Assembly (NCBI GenBank): GCA_001600695.1
Contig: BCKQ01000001.1
Location: 1,966,615-2,030,614 of the forward strand
Source of the DNA: Ascoidea asiatica JCM 7603
Lineage: Eukaryota; Fungi; Ascomycota
Length of the DNA: 64,000 nucleotides
Reading direction: 5' to 3'
Part shown: piece by piece, positions 37,589 through 49,275 of the stretch
Numbering within the stretch: the stretch's first letter is position 1
How the letters are laid out: every line of letters begins with the position of its first letter
The notes under the pieces: generated by a model
Databases searched by the model: none
Told to the model about the DNA's origin: nothing
Seen by the model: the letters and a program-made list of their open reading frames with translations, nothing else
Made by a program: the position numbers and the translations under genes

Positions 37589-37967
37589 ATATATAATTTT
37601 TTAATCTTTTAATTACTTACTTTAATCTTTATTTCAATTTAATTTAAACTCTATTATAACTAGCATTTTTCTCAATCATTAACTTACAATTTATTCAATC
37701 AATCAATCAATACAATATTTTATCACTTTATCACTTTATCACTTTACTCACTTAACGTTACTTTTTATAACTGATTTCAAATCATAATACTATCAAAAGT
37801 CACGTGTCCTGTTTTCTTTATCTTTTTTTATCAAAATTCTCGTAGAAAGTTTAGAAACTTTATTTATCTTCAAATAAAATATAAAATGATTAATCATTAA
37901 AAATATCAATCAATAAAGTAATAAATAAAGTAATCGATTAATTACATTGATATATTAATATTTTAGT

Positions 37968-38921
37968 ATGAGTAGAGTTTTAATTGGTCTAAGGACATGC
38001 AAAAGTAGTAAAAATCAATTATTTAATAATAATATTAATAATTTTAGGCATTATGTTACAGCTACAAATTCCAGTACAAGTACAAGTACAACTCCAACTC
38101 CAACTGTTAGAAAATATGTAAGAAAAACACCAATTTCAAGAACTACTTCAACTACAAAAACTTCATATGCTTCTAAACCAACTTCAACTACAACTCCAAC
38201 TACAACACAGATACCATCATCAACAACTTCAAATTTTTCACCTCCAAGTTATTTATCTTCAAATTCTAATACAAATTCAAAAATAAATTCAATTAAAGAT
38301 GATGGTACTGAATCTTCTGGTCAAACTACAATTGATACATTTTATAAAACAACTTTAGATGATCATGATAAAGATTTAACAAATACTTATAATAATAATT
38401 CAACTATTAATTGGTCATCATCATTTCATGGAATTGGTTCACAAAAATTTGATAAAGAAGCAATTAATATCTTAACACAAGATATTAATGAAGATGATGT
38501 TGAAATGAAACCAGATGGTTTAATATATTTACCAGAAATTAAATATAGAAGAATTTTAAATAAAGCTTTTGGTCCAGGTAATTGGGGTTTAGTACCAAGA
38601 GGTCCAACAATTATTACAAATAAATTAATTACAAGAGAATATGGTTTAATTTGTGAAGGTAGATTAATTAGTATTTCAAGAGGTGAACAAAGTTATTTTA
38701 GTGAAGATGGTATACCAACTGCAACCGAAGGTTGTAAAAGTAATGCACTTATGAGATGTTGTAAAGATTTAGGTATTGCAAGTGAATTATGGGATCCAAA
38801 ATTTATTAGAACTTTTAAAAAAAAATATTGTGAAGAGAAATTTTATGAACATGTTGTAACTAAAAGAAAGAAGAAATTATGGAAAAGAAAAGATACTGAA
38901 ATTGGTTATCCTTATAAATAG
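37968..38921 (+). CDS. MGM101: Mitochondrial genome maintenance protein (Rad52-like)
   Basis: Mitochondrial-type presequence; [52 protein letters not shown]. Confidence 0.96.
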   Translation: MSRVLIGLRTCKSSKNQLFNNNINNFRHYVTATNSSTSTSTTPTPTVRKYVRKTPISRTTSTTKTSYASKPTSTTTPTTTQIPSSTTSNFSPPSYLSSNSNTNSKINSIKDDGTESSGQTTIDTFYKTTLDDHDKDLTNTYNNNSTINWSSSFHGIGSQKFDKEAINILTQDINEDDVEMKPDGLIYLPEIKYRRILNKAFGPGNWGLVPRGPTIITNKLITREYGLICEGRLISISRGEQSYFSEDGIPTATEGCKSNALMRCCKDLGIASELWDPKFIRTFKKKYCEEKFYEHVVTKRKKKLWKRKDTEIGYPYK

Positions 38922-39860
38922 TTTATAATTCATTTCAAAGTCTTTCAATGTAAATAGAATATTTTTTTAATACAAACAACAAAACTTACTAATTAAATAA
39001 TTATTTAAACAGTAGCAAAAGTAGTTCCAGAATGTGTTCTGGGGGGTGCGAGACCACTTCTGCGGGTCATGGGGTCTAGATTCTTATTTGTGAGCACCGT
39101 TTGCTGTGCAAGGGAATAAAAGAACGAAAAACATTTGAAATAAAGGTATGAAATAACTAAAAAATAAGAATAAAACACTAAAAGAATATAAAAATAAAAG
39201 AAGAAGTAATCAAAGTTACTTTAAATGAGTTTACTAATACTGCTATTAACTTCGGTTTGACAACGATTCTGTGATAGTGTGTGGTTAAATACTTTTTGTT
39301 TTATTTCTTGTTATTAATTCATAGTATCTCTATTCTCATTGGTTTAAAACTCGAGGTGTGAAATAAACTTAGTTTACTTTAACTCCATTTTGAAGTAATC
39401 TATTCCATCAGTTCATATCTATTTCTCCTTTATCGCCCAATAATTAACTTGAAATTTATAATAACATTTATCTATAATCTTGCTTTTAATAATATCTGAG
39501 ACAATATTGCCAATATTAATTAAAATAATCATAATATTATTCATTTACAAACTTCAAGAGCAATTTATTCTCATCTGAATTACAATTTATTCAAGTAATA
39601 TTTAATCAATACCCCAAGAGCAAAAAAGGTAAACAAATCATAAATATTAACAATCATATATAAACATTCAATATCCTTCAATAACCTATCACTTATCATT
39701 TATCACATATCTTTTATTATTCATCCTTTATCTCAGCCTTTCCTTTCAATCTTATTTCAATCTTATTTCAGTTTTTTTCTAATATTTTTCTAATATTTTT
39801 TCAATCTTATTTCAAACCTATTTCAAACCTATTTCAAACCTATTTCAAATTTATTTTCAA

Positions 39861-42317
39861 ATGTTAGTAATGAAAATGAACTCAAGTGGTTCAAATAATA
39901 TTAAAGTACCGATAAGTGCTAATCCAAATTCTTCTTCTTTATTACAATTCAAAAATAAATTATCTTTATCAAATTCTTCTGCTAATTCTCCAAATTCTTC
40001 AAATTCTTCAACTTCCTCAATATCTTCTTCAAATTCTCCAATTTCAAATCCAAATTCCCCTTCAAATTCCTTATCTAATTCTCAATCAAATAATAAATTA
40101 AATCAAATATCAATTTCAATTTCTTCAAATAATTCAAACCTTAAAAAAATCGTAACTTCAAAATCTTGGGTTTTACCACCAAGACCAAAACCTGGTAGAA
40201 AACCAAGTTTAGATACTCCTGCAACAAAAAGAAAAGCTCAAAATAGAGCTGCTCAAAGAGCATTTAGAGAAAGAAAAGCTTCAAAAATTCAAGAATTAGA
40301 AAATTCTTTATCTATAATTAAAAATGAAAAAAATTTAATTGAAATTAATTTAACAAATTCAATTAATGATAAAAATATTTTAAATAAAAATTATAATAAT
40401 TTATTAATTGAAAAAAAGAATTTAATTGAAAATTTAAATTCTTTTAAAATTTCAAATAATAATTTAATTAATCAAAATAAAAATTTAAAAAATGAATTAG
40501 AAACTTTGAAAAAAATATTAAATAATAATATGAATAACAACAATAATAATAATGTTAACTCAAAAAATTCATCAATTTCAAATAAAAATCTAATCTCAAA
40601 ATCACCAAATTTAAATACTCCACCTTTTATAGAAAATGTTAATAATTTCAATAAAAATAATAACTTTGATATTAGTATTAGTCCAAATACTTTAAGTAAA
40701 AATAATTCTCCAATGATTCAAATGGTTTCTCCAGCTCAATCTCAAGTTAATTCTCCTTCTCACTCTTTATTACAAAATAATAATAACAATAATAATATTA
40801 CCTCATTAAATAATTCAAATGAACAAACTATAAATGATAATGTGGATAAAGATTGTATTATTTGTTCAAAAGATGAATGTTTGTGTATTGAATTTGGAAT
40901 TAAAGAAAAAAATACCTCCTCAGCTTCTTCAAATAATTTGGAAAATATGATAAATTCTTTCAAACCAATGGATTCAGTGCCATTAAAATTAAGTAAATCA
41001 AATTCTTTTAATAATTACAATAATAATAATGGTCAAAATAGTAAAAGAAGAAAATTATCAATAAATAATAATGAAGATTTAGAAATTGATTTTACTTCCA
41101 TCTTATCAACTAATAAAAAATTAAAAGAAGAAAATTTATCTAGAAAACAAGAAAAATTATCAAAATTTTTCAAATTAAATAAAAAAAGCAGTTCAAAAAA
41201 GAATGGATCAAATAATCAATCAGGCTTTAATTCAAATAATGAATCAAATAATCAATCAAGAATAGAATCAATGACAATTGAAAATTCAAACCCAATTATT
41301 AATGATTTTAATAATTTAAGTTTTAATTTAGATAATTATAATAATTCTATAACAAATAATGTCCTGGATAGTAATAATGATTTATTTAAAACTTATATTG
41401 ATAAAGAATTAACATCTTTAGAACCTTGTGGATTTTGTTCAGATGATACTCCGTGTGTATGTAGAGAAGCTGCAAAAGAAGCTGAAGATATTGCAAATAA
41501 ATTAAAATCTCAACAAAATCAATTTAAAGATAATAATATAAGTAATGGAAGTATTAAATTACCTCCATTAAATATACCTGATAATAAAAAAAGAAGAAGA
41601 AGCTCAATATTATGTAATGATCCAAGTAATTGCTCTGGTAGTCATAATGAAAAAGATTGTTTTACAGGATCTAAAAAAAAGTTTTTACCAGCTTTACATC
41701 CTGGTCCTTCATTAGAATTGAAACATTATACAAATCAAGGTGCAATTATAAACTCAAATAAATCTCTTCCATCTTTAGAAGATTTAACTAAAAGTACCAA
41801 AAGTTTAATTAAAGAAATCAATGATGAAGCAGAGAAACAAAAAAGTAAATTATCAAATGATGAAAAGCCAATTTGTACAGGTAATCCAGGAACTTGTTTG
41901 CAATGTCAAAAAGATCCAATGTCAACATTATTTTGTACAACATTAGCTACAAAAGTTGGTAAAGAATCTAATATTAGATCGACTTCAAATTCAAATTCTC
42001 CAATAAGACCACCACAATTAAGTAGATCTTTAACTTCTTCATCTTCTTTAAGTTCATTAAATAATCTCATTCCTGCCATTCCTCCAACTATGCCCTCAGT
42101 AGGAAAAAGCTCAAATAGAACAATATTACCACCTTTAAATGATAATGAAATCTTTATACCTTGTGCAGATGCTTATAAAACATTATCAAGACACAAACAA
42201 TTCAATAATATGGATTTCAGTACATTAGTCGGTAAACTAACAACTAAAGGAATGAAAGTTGAAGTTCAAAGTGTTATTAATGTATTAAGAGAATTAGATA
42301 GACGATTGTATAACTGA
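39861..42317 (+). CDS. HAP43: HapX/Hap43 iron-responsive bZIP transcription factor
   Basis: Hap4-like motif TSKSWVLPPRPKPGRKP, bZIP KRKAQNRAAQRAFRER, Cys-rich regions (CIICSKDECLC, CGFCSDDTPCVC, CTGNPGTCLQC), C-terminal IPCADAYKTLSRH. Confidence 0.93.
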   Translation: MLVMKMNSSGSNNIKVPISANPNSSSLLQFKNKLSLSNSSANSPNSSNSSTSSISSSNSPISNPNSPSNSLSNSQSNNKLNQISISISSNNSNLKKIVTSKSWVLPPRPKPGRKPSLDTPATKRKAQNRAAQRAFRERKASKIQELENSLSIIKNEKNLIEINLTNSINDKNILNKNYNNLLIEKKNLIENLNSFKISNNNLINQNKNLKNELETLKKILNNNMNNNNNNNVNSKNSSISNKNLISKSPNLNTPPFIENVNNFNKNNNFDISISPNTLSKNNSPMIQMVSPAQSQVNSPSHSLLQNNNNNNNITSLNNSNEQTINDNVDKDCIICSKDECLCIEFGIKEKNTSSASSNNLENMINSFKPMDSVPLKLSKSNSFNNYNNNNGQNSKRRKLSINNNEDLEIDFTSILSTNKKLKEENLSRKQEKLSKFFKLNKKSSSKKNGSNNQSGFNSNNESNNQSRIESMTIENSNPIINDFNNLSFNLDNYNNSITNNVLDSNNDLFKTYIDKELTSLEPCGFCSDDTPCVCREAAKEAEDIANKLKSQQNQFKDNNISNGSIKLPPLNIPDNKKRRRSSILCNDPSNCSGSHNEKDCFTGSKKKFLPALHPGPSLELKHYTNQGAIINSNKSLPSLEDLTKSTKSLIKEINDEAEKQKSKLSNDEKPICTGNPGTCLQCQKDPMSTLFCTTLATKVGKESNIRSTSNSNSPIRPPQLSRSLTSSSSLSSLNNLIPAIPPTMPSVGKSSNRTILPPLNDNEIFIPCADAYKTLSRHKQFNNMDFSTLVGKLTTKGMKVEVQSVINVLRELDRRLYN

Positions 42318-43221
42318 ATTTCACTATTTTCATCTTATTATTTTTGGGTTTCAAGGTTTCTTTGGTGTTAATTTTTCTTTTTCTTATTTTTTTCATAGGT
42401 TTTCACTTTTTATATACTTTTGCATATTTTAATGCCTGTTTATCAATATTCTAAATTCTGTTTACTATTATTATTGTCATTTTTATTTTTGTTATTTATT
42501 ATTTTTTCAATGCATTTCTGTTTTTTAGTCACATATTTTTCCGAGTAGTTTGATTCCAGTAACTTTGTATTCTTTCTATTATTTATTATTTTAGAGCAAT
42601 TAATTCCAATAATAAAACGCAAAATTCTTATTTTATATTTATATAAGATTTTTTTGAGTAAAACTATCACAAAATACGAGTAGAGACTGTATTTGTGGGT
42701 CTACTCTCTTTTCATATTGAATATTTTATGAAAAATTATTCCAAAATCTTTTTAAAACTATTCAGATAAAAATTATAAACTGATGAATTTCATATTTTTG
42801 TTTTAAAAAAGATTAGATTATATTTAGTGAAGAGCTCTAAACTTCAGTGTCAAAAATGCTTGGAAAATATAAAGGGCTTGAAATTAAGGTTGATAGCCCA
42901 TAATTTTGCAAGAAAACTATTTTATTACTATATCACTATGTGATTTAAAAAAAAAATATTTGACAATAAAAAAATCAATTAAAGAAAAAATGATAATTAT
43001 GAAAATGATAATGAGATTAAACGAAAAAGTGTAAAAAAAACTGGAAAAAATAAAGAAATTTTCAAGTATGATTTTAAGTACAATAATTTAACAAAATTTT
43101 GAAAAAAAATTCAAAAATTAATAGAAAATATGAAAAAAATAAAACAACAACATAGATAAAAAAATATAAAAAAAAATAATAGCTTTTAATACAGTCATGT
43201 TATCACCTAGTGTTTTTTTTC

Positions 43222-45393
43222 TCAAATTGTGAATATTAAATTTGTATCAATTGGATGACTTGAACTTAATTGAGGTAATTGACTATATTTAAGATCCAAT
43301 ACCATTCTTGTATTTTGTAATAAAGATAAATATGATTGTTGTTTTCTAGTATTCATAACTTTAATAAATGCATAGCTCATAGCACCAGATGCTTGACCTG
43401 ATTCAAATGCATCAGCACTTGTCTGACTATCTTTACAACCAGATAACATAATAACATCAGCTTCTGAACTTTTATTTTCTTTTTGAATTGCAATTGCAGA
43501 ACTGTTACCTGCAGTTGTTACTAATTTTTTCATTACTCCAAATGCATCTCTCATTAAAGCTTTTTTATCACCTTGTTTAACATTTTGTGAAAGCAATTTT
43601 AAACCAGATCCAACTTCATTAAGTAAAGTTTGTTCTTTAATTAAACCTTTTGTAGAATATGTATAAGGCAAATCTAAAATTGTACCAGAATGACAACAAT
43701 CAAATAATGCAGTTAATCTACAACCTTTTGGTAATCTTCTAATTAAAATTTCATGTAAAGTATCATCACCAATTGTTGATAAATCCATTGTATAAATAAC
43801 TTCATCTAAACCATCAATTTCATCACCATCTTTATCTTTAATTTGTCCACCATGACCACTAAAATGAAAAAATAATGAATCATTTGGTTTTGCATCTTTA
43901 ATTAACCAATGCATTGCATCAATAATATTTTGTTTACTTGGTAAAGATCTTTTATTTGATAAATCATCATCTTTTAAAATTACCATATCATTTTCTTTAT
44001 AATTTCTTGATAATAAAAAATTTTTAACATTAGTAACATCATTTATACAGCCTTTTAATCTATATTTTTCATCAATTGTTAAATAATTTATACCAATTAA
44101 TAAAGCTTTTTTTTTACCTAAACAATTTGAATATTGATGATTTGGATCTGTTTTATCATTTATAAGTTTTAAATCTCTTGGCTCAACAAAACTGAATTTA
44201 AATTTGTCAGTATCTGAATCAAATTTTAAACTATTTAATCTTGTATTTAAATCTTTTAATTCATCTTTTGAATTAGAATTTGTTGTTTTTTTTGTTGATT
44301 CTCCTCTATTATAAGTGTTAGTTCTTAATTGTTCATATTTAATATCATATAAACCATTTTTTTGAGACAAATTATTTGATTCAGGTTGTTTTAAAGATGG
44401 AGGACCGAATGGAGGACCATTTGATTGTTTACAAGGAATTGAAGAATTAGAAGAAATTATAGATGGACGTGAAGAATTAGAAGAAGAAATATTTGAAGGA
44501 GAATATGAATTATTGGAAGTTGATTGTTGAGATATAGAGTTTACTGTAGGTTGTTGAGTAGGTGGTGGTGGTGGAAATTGTGGAATGTTTGGAGATTGAG
44601 GATTATAATTGGAATTTGGAATAGTAGATTTAGATTGATCCAGAGGAGAATATGAATTATTAGTTTGAGAATAAAATGAAGACGATTGTGAAGGGTTTTG
44701 ATTATAAGATTTTGGATCAAAATTATTATCAGAATATCTATTAGGTTGATTGGATTGTTGAGGTGATAGAGGATAAGAATTCTGCGGTTGTTGAATATTT
44801 GAAGGATAAGGCAGTTGAGGTTGAGAAGGATATGATTGTGAGGAAGGTGGATATCCTGGTTTAGAACCATATGGAGCTTGAGGGGTTTCAGAATGTTGTT
44901 GTTTATATTCTGAATAAGGATGAGGGTAAGAAGAAAATGGAGGAGGTGGTCCTGGAGGAGGTGGTCCTGGATGTGCCACAGGACCTGGTGGTGGAGCTGG
45001 TGGATAACTACCTGAACTATTCATTGGCAGATAAGGAACCGGAGAATAATCATCTGATGGATATGAAGGTCTTTGACCTAGTGGTGGTAGAGGGCCTGGT
45101 GGTGGACCGGAAGGTGGGAAACCATAAGAACCTGGTGGACCTGGAGGTGGTGGACGACCCATTTGACTTCCAAAAGTGTGAGAATTTTGGGAATATTGAT
45201 AATTTGATTGTTGAGGGTATTGATTAAATTGAGCTTGGGAGTATTGAGCATTTGGAGGATATTGAGCATTTGGAGGATATTGAGGATATTGAGGATATTG
45301 AGGATTTGGAGAATTTGAGTTATTTGGAGAAACATAATTCTCAAAACCAGAATTATCTGGTGGATAAGGTAAGTTATTATTATTATTATACAT
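43222..45393 (-). CDS. MCA1: Metacaspase with very long Pro/Gln/Ser/Asn-rich prodomain
   Basis: KKALLIGINY, LKGCINDV, FHFSGHGGQ (catalytic His), FDCCHSGT (catalytic Cys), GAMSYAF. Confidence 0.95.
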   Translation of the reverse strand: MYNNNNNLPYPPDNSGFENYVSPNNSNSPNPQYPQYPQYPPNAQYPPNAQYSQAQFNQYPQQSNYQYSQNSHTFGSQMGRPPPPGPPGSYGFPPSGPPPGPLPPLGQRPSYPSDDYSPVPYLPMNSSGSYPPAPPPGPVAHPGPPPPGPPPPFSSYPHPYSEYKQQHSETPQAPYGSKPGYPPSSQSYPSQPQLPYPSNIQQPQNSYPLSPQQSNQPNRYSDNNFDPKSYNQNPSQSSSFYSQTNNSYSPLDQSKSTIPNSNYNPQSPNIPQFPPPPPTQQPTVNSISQQSTSNNSYSPSNISSSNSSRPSIISSNSSIPCKQSNGPPFGPPSLKQPESNNLSQKNGLYDIKYEQLRTNTYNRGESTKKTTNSNSKDELKDLNTRLNSLKFDSDTDKFKFSFVEPRDLKLINDKTDPNHQYSNCLGKKKALLIGINYLTIDEKYRLKGCINDVTNVKNFLLSRNYKENDMVILKDDDLSNKRSLPSKQNIIDAMHWLIKDAKPNDSLFFHFSGHGGQIKDKDGDEIDGLDEVIYTMDLSTIGDDTLHEILIRRLPKGCRLTALFDCCHSGTILDLPYTYSTKGLIKEQTLLNEVGSGLKLLSQNVKQGDKKALMRDAFGVMKKLVTTAGNSSAIAIQKENKSSEADVIMLSGCKDSQTSADAFESGQASGAMSYAFIKVMNTRKQQSYLSLLQNTRMVLDLKYSQLPQLSSSHPIDTNLIFTI

Positions 45394-45762
45394 TTTTTTG
45401 ATTAAACTTTCTTAAAAATAATTTGATAATTTATAATAATTGAAAAACCAAATAAATGATTAAGTAATTAAAAGATTAAATAAATAAACAAATAAATAAA
45501 TAAATAAATAAATAAATAAATAGATAAAAAGGATTATATATTTGCTTAGTTTCTTATTAAATTAATTTAGAAAATGAATAAATATTCGGTAAGTTAATAG
45601 ATGTAATGTTAAGTTAATTAGATGATAATCACTTTGTCTTTTAATATACTAATATTTAAATAATTTTTTTTAAATACAGCCTTGAATAATCTATGTCTTA
45701 TATTATATTATTAGCTTTATAAAGCTCAGAATTATTATATCTCATTCATTGATTATAAATGT

Positions 45763-45842
45763 GATAATGATAATGATAATTATAATGATAATGATTATGA
45801 TAATGATTATGATTATGATTATGATTATGATTATGATTATGA
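45763..45842. repeat. (ATGATA/ATGATT)n microsatellite in the MCA1 upstream region
   Basis: Direct reading. Confidence 0.85.
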
Positions 45843-46488
45843 AATTATTGAACATGTTTAATATAAAATATTGGTATAAATTTTTGTTTAAGTATGGTGA
45901 ATGAACATTATTGGCCAAGCCTGGAAAGTGGTAATAAAAATAATTACGGCTATTGCAGGGGCATGACAGTAGGCACAGCACCCATTGTTCTGGCTTTAAC
46001 CTGAGCAAAGCCACTGAAACTTTAGATTTAAAAAGGGCTACAAGGGTTCCGGTAACGTAATCAGACGTGACTTAGCATTGCAAAGTCAAATTATGTAATC
46101 AATTAGTAATTTCAATTATTACAATAATTATTATAAATTAAATTAAATTAGATTAAAGTATATAAACTAAAATAAAATTAGAAATAAAAGTTAAAAAAAA
46201 AAAAAAAAATAGGAAAAAAAAAGATTTTTTTTTTTATGATTTAATCTTGATCATTTGATATAAAATATATTATGAATTAATTAATATATTCGATAAAAAA
46301 GAGAAAAAGATAAATTTTATTTTTTTTTAAGTATAAAGATGAAAATGAAAAAAGGGAAAAAATAGTAATGATAATGATAATAATAATAAAATTATAAATA
46401 AATTAATTTTAAAATAAATTATAAAGTTATTTATTTAATCCAAATAAGTTAATAAGTAGATTGAATAAGATAAATTGATTTATTTTGA

Positions 46489-47325
46489 TTAATTTGAAGG
46501 TTTTGAAGTAGCAGATTCGACTTTAGTGGAAGCTTCAGTTGTAGAAGGTGCTGCAGTAGTAGCAGTAGTAGTGTTAGCAGTAGCGGTTGAAGGAGCAGTT
46601 GAATCTTTATTTTCAGTAGTTGATTGATCTTCATTAGATTGATCATCAGGATTTCTACGTCTATAATTACCTCTACCTCTTGAAGAACCTCTATAATTAC
46701 TTCTACCTCTGAATGAACCTCTGTAATTACCTCTATATGAACCTCTATAATTACCACCTCTTGAACCTCTATAATTAGAAGGAGTACCATTATTATTAGT
46801 AGGACCAGTGGTATTGACATTGGTATTATTATGATTACCTCTACCTCTTCTTGAATAACCAGGAACATTAGTTCTTTTTTCATTAACAATTAAATTTCTA
46901 CCTCTAAATTCAACTTCATTAAGAGATAAAGCAGATTTTAAACCAGATTTTTCATTAAATTCAACATATGCATAACCTTTTGGTTTACCATTATATCTAT
47001 TATATAAGATTGTAATTCTATTGATTATACCACAATCATGAAAAAAAATTTCTAATTCTTCTGGAGTTGAATTATAATCAACATTACCAACATAAATACT
47101 TCTTGAATCAATTTCTTCTTGTTCTTCAGGAGATTTTTCTTTATAAGTATAATTATTACCACCATTATTTTCTTTATTTGTTGTTGAAGTTGAAGTTGAA
47201 TCTTTTGGTTTTGAATCTGAATTTAATTCATCAATTGCTTCACTTAATTCATTTAATTCAATTTTTGAATCAACAACTGGATTTGAAGTTGAAACTTTTT
47301 GTTTAATCTCTTCTGTTGAACTCAT
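46489..47325 (-). CDS. SGN1: RRM poly(A)-binding protein (Sgn1/PABPN1 family) with RG-rich tail
   Basis: EIDSRSIYVGNVDY, PKGYAYVEF, KRTNVPG, YRGS/RGRG repeats. Confidence 0.88.
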   Translation of the reverse strand: MSSTEEIKQKVSTSNPVVDSKIELNELSEAIDELNSDSKPKDSTSTSTTNKENNGGNNYTYKEKSPEEQEEIDSRSIYVGNVDYNSTPEELEIFFHDCGIINRITILYNRYNGKPKGYAYVEFNEKSGLKSALSLNEVEFRGRNLIVNEKRTNVPGYSRRGRGNHNNTNVNTTGPTNNNGTPSNYRGSRGGNYRGSYRGNYRGSFRGRSNYRGSSRGRGNYRRRNPDDQSNEDQSTTENKDSTAPSTATANTTTATTAAPSTTEASTKVESATSKPSN

Positions 47326-47658
47326 TTTTTATAAATTTAATTCAATTGTTTATTTTAATTGGTTATTTAATCTTTTCTTTATTTTATTATTTTTCTTATT
47401 CTTTATATAATTATTTATTGATTCATTTATTTATTTTTCTTCTCAATTCTTTTATTTTTTTTTATTTTTTTCTTTTCTTTTCTTTTCTTTTATTCTTTTA
47501 TTATCTTTTTTTTAATTTATTTATTTTATTTCTTAATTTCTTAAATTTCTTAATCTTAATCTTATTCAATTTTTCAAATTTAATATTAGTAATTTATCAA
47601 TTATTATTTAATTTGCTAATTATTATTGTAAAATTTTTCAAACAATTATTTTGAAGCG

Positions 47659-47666
47659 TTACCCGG
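47659..47666 (+). promoter_or_regulatory. Reb1-type site in the SGN1/ZWF1 divergent promoter
   Basis: TTACCCGG. Confidence 0.5.
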
Positions 47667-49236
47667 AAATCAGTTCATTAATTAATGTTACGATACTGAA
47701 TTAACATTAATTTTTTACTTGATTTATTTATTCAAGGAGCGGAAATTAACGATAGTAATTAAGTAGTTGATTTATTATTGTATTTGTTATTTTCATTATT
47801 AATTTCATCATTTTTTAGAATTTTTATTTTGTTTGTATTAGAGATAAAGTGATTTATTGCTTTAACTTGAGTTTATATTTTATTAAGTATTATTACTGCT
47901 TATTATTTATTATATTAATGACAAATCGTTATCCCTTTATTATTTCAGTTTATTTACTTTGGAGCTTTTAGATTATTTGGCGAGGTGTAAGGATGTAATA
48001 TTTTTCCCTGGAAGCGTTGAATGAGTCAGAGATTACGTCACCAACACTGCCACATGGTATTTATCCACACTGTGCCACATACACGGATATTTCATTTAAA
48101 ACCCGAATTAACAACCCGAAACCCTCGGAAAGAAATAAAAAAAAAAAGCATGTGACCGGTGTACTGTAACCGACCAGGCAAATTCTTGCAGTGAACAATT
48201 TCAATTGTTTGTTGGCTTTCGGTTGTTGTTATTGTTGTTGTTGTTCTTGGAGGTGGTAATTTGATTGTTAGTTCTGGTTAATTGTTGGATGGAAGGGCAT
48301 CAGTTGATGGTGCACGGTTAAAGAGAATATCTTCCCACACGGTTTCCGAGAAGAACGAAGCTCATCTTTGGTTTCTTCGACCTCTAATTATTCTATTTAC
48401 TCTCTGCTATCTCTGTCTCTCTGCTATCTTCGGTTTTGTTTGCTTGTAACAGTAGCAGTAACAGTAACAACAGCAATAGGTTCTGGCTGTGACAAGTCTA
48501 ACAAGTCCAGCACGGTACCAAATCCCATTGTAACTGTAACTTGCGGGTCTTTCACGTGCTCTGCTGGGGTGCCATAAACAGGGTGGCACTCTGATCTCTA
48601 GCAATAATACTAAATATTACTAAATATCACTGCACTCCGTTAACTCCCACCGCCACCACTTCCACCACCACCACTTCCACTTCCACTACTTCACCACTGC
48701 TAAACTCCCATGAATAACTTTCACCTTTTTTTCTCTTAAGGCCTTTAACTACGCTACTGCCTTTACGACTACTTTATTACTTACTTGCTTACTTGCTTAG
48801 TTGCTTACTTGCTTAGTTACTTAGTTACTAGTACCGCGGTGCTTATTAATAAATATATTACTTCACCGCTTAGCAATATTCATTTCTCATACTTAGATCT
48901 ACTTCTACTACTACTACTACTACTACTACTACCTTAAGATTTATCGCCAATACCACCAGTACTCGATTATTAATAATTACTTAAACCATCAATTGTCAAT
49001 TACTATTACAATTACAATTAATAATTACATTTATTTATCATTTATCATTGATTATCAATTCTAAAATATCAATTGCCAATTGTCAATTAATTCCATTATA
49101 AAATAACTCAATTGTACTTATTTCATAATCTCAATTCATATCTATTTTTTCTCTTAATCATTTAAATAATTTAATATTTTAAATTAATTTTATATATATT
49201 TTTTTATATTACTTTATTCAATTATAATCAATTTCC

Positions 49237-49239
<3 letters not shown>

Positions 49240-49271
<32 letters not shown>
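49240..49271. repeat. (TA)n tract directly before the ZWF1 start codon
   Basis: Direct reading. Confidence 0.9.
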
Positions 49272-49274
<3 letters not shown>

Positions 49275-49275
49275 T

